A stretch of 51,563 nt of DNA from a virus (taxonomy: Duplodnaviria; Caudoviricetes): positions 1 to 51,563 of IMG/VR virus record IMGVR_UViG_3300006029_000009; one strand, given 5' to 3'. Below, piece after piece: positions 1 through 7,916 of this stretch; the first letter of the stretch is position 1, and the number at the start of each line of letters is the position of its first letter. The notes beneath the pieces were generated by a model. The model made no database searches, had not been told where the DNA came from, and was given only the letters and a program-made list of their open reading frames with translations. The position numbers and the translations under genes were made by a program.

Positions 1-6
1 ATTGTG

Positions 7-189
7 TTATGAAGTAATGAGGTTTGGCATTACAGACCGAGAACCTTTTTCCCTGCTAGGGCTTCCGCACTCGTCACAAGTTGGGTGCCCTGACCAAGTA
101 TGTGTTGCTCTGTTTTTACAGCCAACACACCCACATTCTTTGGTCTTGGCTAATTCTTCAGCTTTGATTCTATCCCCTAAGGCACTCAT
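7..189 (-). CDS. small Cys/His-rich hypothetical protein (possible Zn finger)
   Basis: CGCVGC...H...CDEC motif; GGAG RBS upstream; oriented with the early-left operon. Confidence 0.55.
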   Translation of the reverse strand: MSALGDRIKAEELAKTKECGCVGCKNRATHTWSGHPTCDECGSPSREKGSRSVMPNLITS

Positions 190-204
190 ACTTATTCACT
201 CCAG

Positions 205-540
205 TGTTTATATAAATATTTTTTACAGAGTTTTTAGGAGTCGGAACCCCTTCACGGTACGATCCGTGCTTGACACTTACAGTAAGTTGGTGTCTTACGT
301 GCTTTTATTTTATTGATAGCGATGGTGGCAACGTGCGCAATTCTTACACCGCTAAAACTCTACTGTTTATATAAATTAAGTGGTGGCGCTATGCAACCAA
401 AATTTATAAAATAAATGTCTTGCAACACCATCACCATATAAAAAACTCTCTCTTATTAAGCAGTCTGAATATATAATTTTCCCAAACTTGTAAAAGCAAA
501 GCGTGTCTTCTCTATTTAAAAATCTCATAACACCACCACA
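205..540 (-). ncRNA. candidate structured non-coding RNA region in the early-left operon
   Basis: Long-range stems 380-393/526-539 and 319-331/420-434 whose mismatches are G-U pairs only on the minus strand; stem 227-237/352-361; hairpins 253-268, 272-294 and 236-251. Confidence 0.5.
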
Positions 541-558
541 TAATCTATATATTGTTAA

Positions 559-780
559 TTAAGCGTTTAATTCGTTGTAATTTTTAATAGCTTCGTTGAT
601 GTCATCGTAACTATTGCTAGTCGCGCTTGTCCCATCATAAAATCTCACTCTGTACCTAAGCTGCGATACATCAAACTTTAAGTCTTTAGCTTGTTTAGTT
701 CTCAAACTGCGACTGCTTGCTAAAACAATCTCTTTATCAAGAGCTGGCAAAATCTCATCCAACGTAACTGTGTGCATCAT
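559..780 (-). CDS. hypothetical protein
   Basis: ORF with GGAG RBS in the leftward operon. Confidence 0.7.
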   Translation of the reverse strand: MMHTVTLDEILPALDKEIVLASSRSLRTKQAKDLKFDVSQLRYRVRFYDGTSATSNSYDDINEAIKNYNELNA

Positions 781-800
781 CTATCTCCGGTTAATATGCC

Positions 801-995
801 CTATGGGGTAATGTGTTGTCCTTTCGGTATGCCAGAACACTTTTTGGGGTGCTCTTTCCTTTCCTCGTCGCAGTTCCTCCACTGCCAGTCGTTGTGCGCT
901 TGGTGCTGCTGGCCTTTCCACCCGCATAGCAGGCAATGGTTTTGAATCCATGAGTGGTAATCTTCCCCACCCTTTAACATGTTAAATGTGTTCAT
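801..995 (-). CDS. small Cys/His-rich hypothetical protein
   Basis: CLLCGW...H...H...C motif; tightly packed in the operon with AGGA RBS. Confidence 0.65.
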   Translation of the reverse strand: MNTFNMLKGGEDYHSWIQNHCLLCGWKGQQHQAHNDWQWRNCDEERKEHPKKCSGIPKGQHITP

Positions 996-999
996 AATC

Positions 1000-1197
1000 C
1001 TATCCTCTAATGTTTAGTGGCTGATGCGCTTTTTCTTGGATCGTTTCCTCTACAATCTCTAAAGCCATAAGAAAGCCGCGAATTACGTTTAGCTTTTTAT
1101 CTAGCGCATCAAGCCCCTTTATTTTTGACGCCTCAACGTTTAGCTTTTTTAATTTTTGGATCAGCGGCATTAATATTTCTGCTTCCTCTTTAGTCAT
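1000..1197 (-). CDS. hypothetical protein
   Basis: ORF with GAGG RBS, packed between neighbours. Confidence 0.65.
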   Translation of the reverse strand: MTKEEAEILMPLIQKLKKLNVEASKIKGLDALDKKLNVIRGFLMALEIVEETIQEKAHQPLNIRG

Positions 1198-1205
1198 TAT
1201 CGCCT

Positions 1206-2207
1206 CTAGTAGCTAATTGTTACGCTGGGAACTAATCGGTCATGAACCCTTTTTAATAGTTCCTTGCCGTGCTCTTTGCTAATACCTATATCCATAATCA
1301 CAGCTAGGGCGGCATTGTCAACGCTGGCTCTATGGGCAACGTCTTCTTCACGCGCTTTGGCTTCTCTTTCTTCGGCGAGCCTTTTTACTTCAGCTTCGAG
1401 TTTGGTTCTGGCCTCGGCATCCTTTACCGCTTGAGCCTGCCTAGCTTCGGCGTCAATAGCATCTTGCTTGGCTTTAGCTTCGGCGGCGATACGGTCATCT
1501 TCGGCTTTCTGTAAAGCGGCCTTTGCATCGGCTTCACGTTTTGCTGCTGCTTCGGCCTCTAGCTTGGCTTTGTTTTCGGATTCGATGCGTTTAGCTTCTT
1601 CGGCTTGGCGTGCTTTTTCGGCAGCTTCCTTAGCGATCAAATCATCACGTTCCTTTTGCTCGCGAGCGGCCTTTTCTTGCGCTTCGAGTTTCAACCTTGC
1701 CATTTCTTCTTGCGCTTCGAGTATAAACCTTGCCTCTTCTTCTTCGGCTTCTTTTAATAATCGGTCATACTCTCGATCACGTAGTACCGCTATTTCGTGA
1801 TCAGATTCTTTCTTTACCGCTAACTTTTCGGCTTCGATTTTCGCGGCGGCCTCGGCTTCAATCTTTGCTTGCTCAGCCTCCCATTCATCAAGAGGTTTTC
1901 TTGCCTCAATCTTTAGCGCGTCCATCGCATCACGCATTGCTTTCCTGTTTACGTCAACTGCCTTAGCTTTTATTTTCCAGTCAGAAACCAAGTCTTTACC
2001 CATGCCGTCAATAGCGGTTTTAAACTTCGATACGCGATGAGCAAGAGACGCAGTTTTAGCCCTACTGGTTGCTGTGCCCATATCATGCTCAAAACTATTA
2101 ACGGCTTGAGTAACTTCAGCTATTAACGGGTCAAGACCATCTTTTCCTGAAAGACACTGAATAACGGTTTTCTCTTCGTAACTTACTAATTCGTTTTGTG
2201 TGGTCAT
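1206..2207 (-). CDS. Ala/Glu/Lys-rich coiled-coil phage early protein (family often mislabelled TolA)
   Basis: N-terminal segment SRAKTASLAHRVSKFKTAIDGMGKDLV...ARKPLDEWE followed by a long coiled coil; next to the recombination genes. Confidence 0.8.
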   Translation of the reverse strand: MTTQNELVSYEEKTVIQCLSGKDGLDPLIAEVTQAVNSFEHDMGTATSRAKTASLAHRVSKFKTAIDGMGKDLVSDWKIKAKAVDVNRKAMRDAMDALKIEARKPLDEWEAEQAKIEAEAAAKIEAEKLAVKKESDHEIAVLRDREYDRLLKEAEEEEARFILEAQEEMARLKLEAQEKAAREQKERDDLIAKEAAEKARQAEEAKRIESENKAKLEAEAAAKREADAKAALQKAEDDRIAAEAKAKQDAIDAEARQAQAVKDAEARTKLEAEVKRLAEEREAKAREEDVAHRASVDNAALAVIMDIGISKEHGKELLKRVHDRLVPSVTISY

Positions 2208-2209
2208 GG

Positions 2210-2857
2210 TTACGCCGCCTTAAGTTTGATTTTATCCATATACTGCTCAACTAATTTGTTGAACTTGATGAGATCGGTTTCCATTTCTTCGATATAATCA
2301 TCATCCCGCTCGACTTCGAATATTTCTAAATGTCGATTAACAGCTTCTAATGCAGGGCAATACAAAACAAAGTGCGCATACTTTCTGCCTGTTATCCATA
2401 AGCCGCCTTGAACCTGATCTTTGCAGTCGTCAATGTTGCCTTCTAGGATTATTGGCATTAACGAGCTTGGGCCTATAAAGCACTTGTATTCGCTCATACC
2501 GTCTTCATCAATTAAGCCGTCCAAGCTTGCGCCAAATAATCGGTCGTCCGTTAAAACGAATCCAGATTGCTCAACTAGAATCCCTTTTTTCTGCTCATGC
2601 AAAAGTCTAGCTGTGGGTTCAAGCTCTCGACCTCTGCGCATTTCAAATGTTTCAAACTTATCTTCTTCCAGAAGCTTACCGCTCAAACGCTCAACGGCTA
2701 ATTTAAACGCGTACTCTCTCGCTTTAGATGAATGCTGTCCTTTGTTTTTTCCTGAAACTAAAACCTTTCTGCATTCTTTAAAGTTGCTTGCTGTGATTGC
2801 GCCGCACCTAGCCTCGAACCATTCTTTTTTGCCTTGCTCGCACTCAACTACAATCAT
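2210..2857 (-). CDS. YqaJ/lambda-exonuclease family recombination nuclease
   Basis: QG..EW..AR.G.ITAS, G.ELEP.AR, GASLDG and EYKC motifs, then Q.QGGLWITG. Confidence 0.92.
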   Translation of the reverse strand: MIVVECEQGKKEWFEARCGAITASNFKECRKVLVSGKNKGQHSSKAREYAFKLAVERLSGKLLEEDKFETFEMRRGRELEPTARLLHEQKKGILVEQSGFVLTDDRLFGASLDGLIDEDGMSEYKCFIGPSSLMPIILEGNIDDCKDQVQGGLWITGRKYAHFVLYCPALEAVNRHLEIFEVERDDDYIEEMETDLIKFNKLVEQYMDKIKLKAA

Positions 2858-3645
2858 TTGCTTTCTCCCTTGGATGATGACTCAAGCCAGCGAATGCATC
2901 CCGCCAGCCTTCCTTGGGGCAAATCTTCAAGCTTTTCAATCTGCGATTTTTCCAGCACTGCCTTTTCTTCAACGCCAGCCATTTGCATAGCTTTTTTAAG
3001 GTTAACAAGCTGCTGTTTTGAAAGTGACTTTTCGGCTGGCTTTAAATCTTTTTCCTTCACCTGCTTGCTTCCGTTTCCGTCATCATCATCGCCAACAGAA
3101 ACGTCAAATATCATTAACTCTACATAGCGTCTAGCATAACTTCCCGTTGATCCGATAGCTTGAATCGTTGTTTTGTTTTTAGTTCCGTTAGTGCCTGCGT
3201 TATCGAGCGGGTAAAGATTCTTATAGCGCTTAACAAATCCACCTGAGTGCATCACCTCACAGTCAACACCTATCCAGCCTTCTTTTTCAGACTCATAAAA
3301 ACTAGAACTAACCGAAAATCCGTGCGCAGTCCATATCGGCTTACATGTTTTGTGAATAGCTGACAAATTAGCGTATCCAGATTTAGTGTGGTCGTTAATT
3401 TGGTTGGCTGATACCGGCTGTATTTCCGCTTGAGCCTTCGCCATTGCCGAGTTAAACAGCTGCTCAGAATCCATAAGCCGAACCTGCTTATACATTTCAA
3501 ATGCTCGCTCTACTCGATCAGGGTCGATGTCTGGTGATATAGCCATTCTCTCTACCAGATTCATTAGCCCAGACGACTGAGGTAGATCGTTAATAGAAAC
3601 CTCTTTGGTTTTTTCTTTTTCTATTTGCGCCACTTGCTGATTCAT
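2854..3645 (-). CDS. erf: ERF-family single-strand annealing protein
   Basis: YANLSAI, HSGG and QAIGSTGSYARRY...DDDG signatures; coupled to the exonuclease gene. Confidence 0.9.
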   Translation of the reverse strand: MNQQVAQIEKEKTKEVSINDLPQSSGLMNLVERMAISPDIDPDRVERAFEMYKQVRLMDSEQLFNSAMAKAQAEIQPVSANQINDHTKSGYANLSAIHKTCKPIWTAHGFSVSSSFYESEKEGWIGVDCEVMHSGGFVKRYKNLYPLDNAGTNGTKNKTTIQAIGSTGSYARRYVELMIFDVSVGDDDDGNGSKQVKEKDLKPAEKSLSKQQLVNLKKAMQMAGVEEKAVLEKSQIEKLEDLPQGRLAGCIRWLESSSKGESK

Positions 3646-3646
3646 A

Positions 3647-3802
3647 TCACCCTCTAAAAAATTCAGTTATTTGATCATTAACAGTTTTGTGTTCACGCAA
3701 CCGCTCATTTATTTTTTTAGCGTTTTCAGCAATAGCAGCGGCCTCTTTTAATCGTTCACGAAGTCGCCTGTTAGTTTCTCGCTGCTTCTCTCTATCTACC
3801 AC
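3647..3802 (-). CDS. small coiled-coil hypothetical protein (51 aa, absent from the ORF track)
   Basis: GTG start after AGGAG; MVDREKQRETNRRLRERLKEAAA...; fills the gap up to erf. Confidence 0.55.
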   Translation of the reverse strand: MVDREKQRETNRRLRERLKEAAAIAENAKKINERLREHKTVNDQITEFFRG

Positions 3803-3899
3803 TTGCTATCTCCTGCCTAACTTCGTCTTCGTGATCCATTGCGCCAGCAATACCAAAGATAAATAAAATTGTTAATGCGCATATAGTGTTTTTCATCAT
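3792..3899 (-). CDS. small membrane peptide (35 aa, absent from the ORF track)
   Basis: AGGTGAG RBS; MMKNTICALTILFIFGIAGAMDHEDE... Confidence 0.55.
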   Translation of the reverse strand: MMKNTICALTILFIFGIAGAMDHEDEVRQEIASGR

Positions 3900-3911
3900 T
3901 CTCACCTTTTT

Positions 3912-3937
3912 AAAAAAGCCCCCTGTGTTAGCGGGGC
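3912..3937 (-). terminator. intrinsic terminator (tL1-like)
   Basis: On the minus strand GCCCC-loop-GGGGC followed by TTTTTT, after the first pL gene. Confidence 0.75.
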
Positions 3938-3956
3938 AAGGAGTGGCGGAGGGCCA

Positions 3957-4307
3957 TTAAAGTTTTGTGTTTAGTAATTCTTCCGCTGCTTTTTGTGCAG
4001 CCCTCGCGACTATTTGAGGGCTGTTAGAGTTGCGGTTATAGGCACGGTTAAATATTGCTTCGTTTCTAGAATGAACCTGCATTAACCTGCGATTCTTCTC
4101 TGCATTTTCCTGATCGATTTCTTTTTGCGTTTCTGCGTCTAGCTCTACATAGACCATGGGAAGATCAAGGTTTGTTTCAGCATCAAATTCGTTATGCATG
4201 TCACGGAGGGAATCAGCATCAAGCTCTGGCGCATCCAAGCCCATATCAGCCATAAACTCTTCGTGCTCATGCTGGTTAAGGTCGTATGTGAATCTGCAAT
4301 CGCTCAT
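3957..4307 (-). CDS. first gene of the pL operon, hypothetical (occupies the lambda N position)
   Basis: GGAG RBS; lies between OL and the tL1-like terminator. Confidence 0.7.
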   Translation of the reverse strand: MSDCRFTYDLNQHEHEEFMADMGLDAPELDADSLRDMHNEFDAETNLDLPMVYVELDAETQKEIDQENAEKNRRLMQVHSRNEAIFNRAYNRNSNSPQIVARAAQKAAEELLNTKL

Positions 4308-4334
4308 TTTTGTTTCTCCGTTTCGATGGGGTTA

Positions 4335-4374
4335 TTAAACCATGGTTTAAGATATTAATGCAACCATAGTTTAA
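4335..4374 (-). promoter_or_regulatory. pL promoter with two repressor operators (OL)
   Basis: Perfect palindrome TTAAACCATGGTTTAA (4335-4350) and TGCAACCATAGTTTAA (4359-4374); minus-strand TTGCAT-N18-TTTAAT overlaps them; same layout as OR. Confidence 0.85.
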
Positions 4375-4442
4375 TAAACAGTTTAATTTCTATTAAAAAT
4401 ATAACTATTAATAATATTAATTTGTTAGTTAAAAGCTATAGG

Positions 4443-4458
4443 CTGTATAGATTACCAG
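4443..4458. promoter_or_regulatory. candidate LexA (SOS) box
   Basis: CTGTATAGATTACCAG against the gammaproteobacterial consensus CTGTATATATATACAG. Confidence 0.45.
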
Positions 4459-4634
4459 TGCTATTGGCACGATTTGATGCAGAAGGCTTTTAGGGGGTAG
4501 GGTAGAATTTCGGGTCAATTAAAAGGGGACGATATAAAGAAGAGCGCTCTTATTTTAAGCGCCTCAACCGCCGTAGCTATAGGGGGGAATCATAGGCTAT
4601 CAATATAATTTGGTGCCACTTATGAAAAAATGGT

Positions 4635-5000
4635 TTAATACGGGTCGCATAACGTGCAGACCCCTCCGTTACGCTCAATCTCTTCTACCATACCCCTAAC
4701 TGATGCTTCTATGATCGGGATAGCATCGATAGGGCATTTATCAAGTAGGGCTGCTATATTGTTGTCTTTGCGGTTGCATATCCAGTAGTCAGAGCTGATG
4801 CAAAAGAATGATGTTATTTCGCGTATGTGCGCGTGCTCCAATGGCAGAACGTCCTCACCCTCAAGCCGCCGGTATTGCCTTAAACCGATTGATGACGCAC
4901 TTGATTCGTTCATAGCCTCCCACGCGAGCACGGCGGTTTTATATCCCGCCCTTATTCGCGCCTCTTTTAGCCTTTCTGATGATCCCCAAGCTTCTGACAT
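4635..5000 (-). CDS. XRE-family HTH transcription regulator (second repressor-like protein)
   Basis: RLKEARIRAGY...QYRRLE...I..FF.ISSDY pattern with a short helical C-terminus. Confidence 0.8.
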   Translation of the reverse strand: MSEAWGSSERLKEARIRAGYKTAVLAWEAMNESSASSIGLRQYRRLEGEDVLPLEHAHIREITSFFCISSDYWICNRKDNNIAALLDKCPIDAIPIIEASVRGMVEEIERNGGVCTLCDPY

Positions 5001-5095
5001 AGCCCACCTCTAAACAGATTATAGTCTTGTTTAAATATCGAACGATAATAGTTTGATCTAAGATGTCACCTTATCCTACGCTTTGGTTATGCTTG

Positions 5096-5143
5096 GGACC
5101 ATATATTTGTCCTTTATGTCAATCTAGGACCAAATATTGGTTA
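5096..5143. promoter_or_regulatory. pair of related dyad sites, candidate operators of the 4635-5000 regulator
   Basis: GGACCATATATTTGTCC (5096-5112) and GGACCAAATATTGGTTA (5127-5143) in the divergent intergenic region. Confidence 0.45.
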
Positions 5144-5193
5144 TTTTCATAAGGGCTCTCATTTCGCTACCTATTCGCTATAAATAATAATTG

Positions 5194-5209
5194 TGTGAAC
5201 TGCGTCACA
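5194..5209. promoter_or_regulatory. CRP/Vfr-type binding site
   Basis: Perfect TGTGA-N6-TCACA about 50 bp upstream of ORF 5258. Confidence 0.65.
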
Positions 5210-5257
5210 TATATAAGATGCTTGTTTTTTAATCAACCATCGCCGGATATGTAAAGA

Positions 5258-5461
5258 ATGAACAACGCAGAAATCTTAAAAGAATTGAAGAAGAGAGAGT
5301 TTATACAGGCAAAGATAAGGCTACAGCTGCCAAAACTTAGTAATAATCAACTTGAGCTAATAATGAATATGTCTTGCTCTCTTGAGTACGATATGGAGCA
5401 GAAAGAGAAGGATAGGGCCGTCTATCAGGAGCTTATAAATAAATCCACCCCCGCCTATTAA
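5258..5461 (+). CDS. small helical protein, candidate antirepressor
   Basis: 67-aa ORF divergent from the XRE gene and downstream of the CRP site. Confidence 0.6.
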   Translation: MNNAEILKELKKREFIQAKIRLQLPKLSNNQLELIMNMSCSLEYDMEQKEKDRAVYQELINKSTPAY

Positions 5462-5649
5462 TAATACTTTGTCATAACCGCGGCCAGCTTTAATAACTAT
5501 AAAAATAAAAAAACCAAACTTTGGTCGCCATCAACTCTAAAGAACAAAATATTTGTAATCGTGCTGAAATATTGACGGAAGGATAAAAAATTGACAGTTT
5601 ACAGTGGATTATCTCTCGCTATACTAGCCGAAATTTTAGGGAGGCTGGT

Positions 5650-5820
5650 ATGGAGAAAAGCGAGGTTATAGATAGGGTTATGGGCATAGCGACTGGGTTT
5701 AACGAAAGCCAATTAGATGAGTTTATTTTTTTGGTTGAGCAACTTTTGAAAAAGTTTCAAGACTCTCAAGAAGCAGATCTTCCAGTCCTAGATCTGCGCA
5801 CTCTTTCACAAGCTGGCTAA
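5650..5820 (+). CDS. small helical protein (56 aa, absent from the ORF track), antisense-overlapping the 3' end of the repressor
   Basis: Strong AGGGAGG RBS; TTTACA-N16-TATACT upstream (5598-5625); MEKSEVIDRVMGIATGFNESQLDEFIFLVEQLL... Confidence 0.55.
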   Translation: MEKSEVIDRVMGIATGFNESQLDEFIFLVEQLLKKFQDSQEADLPVLDLRTLSQAG

Positions 5821-6076
5821 TTCTGGCCAGCTTTTCTGTTTTTGGGCTAGGCATGGGTGCTCCCGCATCCTCATCCAAAAGACTTTCTACGTCGACGCTA
5901 AAATAATCAGCTATTGCTTTGACGTTTTCATAGTCTGGTTTTTTTGTTGTGCCTTTAAACCACTTGCTTATTGCCTGCCATGACTTGCCTGTGACCTCCA
6001 CAAGAAGGGAGACTCTTTTGTGTTTGGGTATTTCCTTGCTGTCTAGCAGCGCTGTTATTTTATCTATCGTTTTCAT
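5723..6076 (-). CDS. cI: CI-like phage repressor, short, without an S24 autopeptidase domain
   Basis: HTH (VTGKSWQAISKWFKGTTKKPDYENVKAIADYFSV); divergent from cro across OR. Confidence 0.85.
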   Translation of the reverse strand: MKTIDKITALLDSKEIPKHKRVSLLVEVTGKSWQAISKWFKGTTKKPDYENVKAIADYFSVDVESLLDEDAGAPMPSPKTEKLARISQLVKECADLGLEDLLLESLETFSKVAQPKK

Positions 6077-6108
6077 TCGCTAATTGTATCTCTTCGTAAA
6101 AAAATAAA

Positions 6109-6149
6109 TTAAACTATGGTTGTATATATATATTCAACTATGGTTTAAT
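6109..6149 (+). promoter_or_regulatory. pR promoter with two repressor operators (OR)
   Basis: TTAAACTATGGTTGTA (6109-6124) and TTCAACTATGGTTTAA (6133-6148) with the same 24-bp spacing as OL; TTGTAT-N18-TTTAAT. Confidence 0.85.
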
Positions 6150-6155
6150 ATTCGC

Positions 6156-6341
6156 ATGACTATTCAAGAAGCTTACGAGCTAACCAAAACAAAGAACGCT
6201 AATCAGCTTGCGAGCTTTTTAGGTATCAGCCATACCGCCGTCTACAAATGGGAAGGGGCTGAAAAATTACCTGAATCTGGCGAGATCAGAGTTGCTAAAG
6301 CTGTTGGCCTCTGGCCTGACACAAACAAAAAAGCCTCTTAA
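6156..6341 (+). CDS. cro: Cro-like protein (start revised to ATG 6156)
   Basis: ANQLASFLGISHTAVYKW..LPE HTH; first gene after pR. Confidence 0.85.
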   Translation: MTIQEAYELTKTKNANQLASFLGISHTAVYKWEGAEKLPESGEIRVAKAVGLWPDTNKKAS

Positions 6342-6349
6342 AAAACATT

Positions 6350-6371
6350 AAGCCCCTTGTTGGGCTTTTTA
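6350..6371 (+). terminator. intrinsic terminator (tR1-like)
   Basis: AAGCCC-CTTGTT-GGGCTT followed by a T run, right after cro. Confidence 0.7.
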
Positions 6372-6396
6372 TTTGCCTATGAAAAAGGAGAAGACC

Positions 6397-6624
6397 GTGG
6401 CATATCAAAACCAAGAAGACGCTAGAACCAATCGCGCTAACTTGTATTTCAGTAAAAGCGAAACAGAGCTTTTATCCGAGTGGGCTAAGGCTCAACGATC
6501 ACAGAAGGGGGCATTAATGCGAAATCGTATCGTACAGATCGCCAAGTCAGAATTAGAGGCGTTCAAGTCTCGCGATCGCATGACAATGATGGCGTTAAGT
6601 GATCTACAAAAGCTGAACCAATAA
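6397..6624 (+). CDS. small DNA-binding-like protein in the cII position (possible ribbon-helix-helix)
   Basis: GTG after AGGAG; RANLYFSKSETELLSEWAK..GALMR pattern; start uncertain. Confidence 0.6.
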   Translation: MAYQNQEDARTNRANLYFSKSETELLSEWAKAQRSQKGALMRNRIVQIAKSELEAFKSRDRMTMMALSDLQKLNQ

Positions 6625-6670
6625 TAATTACATTTTCGGCTGAGAGCGAGGCCGTAATTTAGGGGGTTAA

Positions 6671-6832
6671 ATGAACGTCCCGAAGTTTGATGATTTTGAC
6701 GAAAACCAGCAGAAGGTTTTCATGCTGGTTGCTGAAGAAAAAAATAAAAAAGGCGAAAAAGTAACGGTTGATGAAGTTATCAAAGAGTATTACTTGCGCG
6801 ATCAATTAAATCGATTGTCAGTCAAGCACTGA
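6671..6832 (+). CDS. hypothetical protein (53 aa, absent from the ORF track)
   Basis: AGGGGG RBS; MNVPKFDDFDENQQKVFML... Confidence 0.55.
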   Translation: MNVPKFDDFDENQQKVFMLVAEEKNKKGEKVTVDEVIKEYYLRDQLNRLSVKH

Positions 6833-6906
6833 TTATTAGGGGGTTAATTAGGGTATGAGCATTAAATATTTTATTTTTAAATTAGCTAAAAGGGCGGGTT
6901 AAGGTT

Positions 6907-7671
6907 TTGAATTTCTATCCTCATCATATTAGCGACTTCAACAACTCCACACGACATTTAACACGTGTTGAACGGAGCGTGTACAGAGACGCAATAGAGC
7001 TCTATTACGATAGCGAATCTGTTCTAACACTTGATTTAGATCGTTTGGCTAAACGTCTTTTATGTTCGTCTGATGAAGAAAAAACAGCTTTAAATGATGT
7101 TCTTGGTGAGTTTTTTGAGGTGCATGGCGATGGTTATTTTCATGCTCGGTGTGACGAGGAAATCACTAAGTACCGCGCAAACACTAGCGCTAAGGCAAGG
7201 GCAGGTAAGGCTAGCGCTGAAGCAAGAAAGTTAAAAGCAGCAGAGCGTAAGCAGAAATCAACACGTGTTAAAAACAGTTCAACACCCGTTCATAACCAAG
7301 AACCAATAACCAATAACCAAGAACCATTAAATATAAATAATATGTTCGAACGTTTTTGGGAAGCAGGAATGGTCAAAACGAACAAGAAAAAAGCGCACCC
7401 GATATTTAAAAAAATAATTCAATCGCAAAAAGATCCAGAATCTTTCACTGACAAGCTTGTTTTTGATGTTGGTGAGCGGATCAGGCTAGGACAGGGCGGG
7501 TTTGAGAATATGCACCCAACGACATATCTCAATAACGAGCGCTGGAATGACGAAATAAGACCCTCTTCAGGATTTGCCGTTAATTATCCGGTAGCCGCCA
7601 ACCAATTATCCGATAAAACAAAACACCGAACTGTTGCTGCTCAGCTTAGCGACACGTCATGGACAAATTAG
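6907..7671 (+). CDS. phage replication initiation protein, YdaU/DUF1376 family
   Basis: FYPHHISDF...HLT..ERSVYR..I..YY N-terminus; NQEPITNNQEP linker; FERFW...HPTTYLN.ERW.DE C-terminus. Confidence 0.85.
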   Translation: MNFYPHHISDFNNSTRHLTRVERSVYRDAIELYYDSESVLTLDLDRLAKRLLCSSDEEKTALNDVLGEFFEVHGDGYFHARCDEEITKYRANTSAKARAGKASAEARKLKAAERKQKSTRVKNSSTPVHNQEPITNNQEPLNINNMFERFWEAGMVKTNKKKAHPIFKKIIQSQKDPESFTDKLVFDVGERIRLGQGGFENMHPTTYLNNERWNDEIRPSSGFAVNYPVAANQLSDKTKHRTVAAQLSDTSWTN

Positions 7672-7685
7672 AGAGGAATGTTTGA

Positions 7686-7916
7686 GTGATGAATAACGAA
7701 AAAATAATAATAACATCGGCTTCGACGGCTATGAAAAAGATGAGGCCCATACAGGACAAGATAGCCCGCCAGACAGAGGAGTTTCTAAGCAAAGGCAATG
7801 CGATCACTAAGCTTGAGCCATACGACAGAAAGCCGGATGTTATCGGCAAGGAGTATTTGAGGTCTCTATCTGTGGGCAGCACAAAGAATAAATTTAACAG
7901 GGGTGAGGTTTTGTGA
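7686..7916 (+). CDS. hypothetical protein
   Basis: IARQTEEFLSKGNAIT motif; in operon with GTGA overlap to the next gene. Confidence 0.65.
   Translation: MMNNEKIIITSASTAMKKMRPIQDKIARQTEEFLSKGNAITKLEPYDRKPDVIGKEYLRSLSVGSTKNKFNRGEVL

Noticed and set aside
2-316. 104-aa plus-strand ORF at the window start
   Set aside because: It is antisense to the early operon and overlaps both a better minus-strand ORF and the structured region
227-361. Bona fide tRNA on the minus strand
   Set aside because: The T-loop has 6 nt, arm spacing is wrong and there is no terminal CCA at the closing stem; kept only as a structured-RNA candidate
1206-2207. TolA cell-envelope protein
   Set aside because: The similarity is compositional only; there is no TM anchor and the gene sits in the recombination operon
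7291-7330. AACCAAG/AACCAAT heptamer repeats as a novel element
   Set aside because: They encode the NQEPITNNQEP linker common in phage initiators; they may belong to the origin but are not unusual
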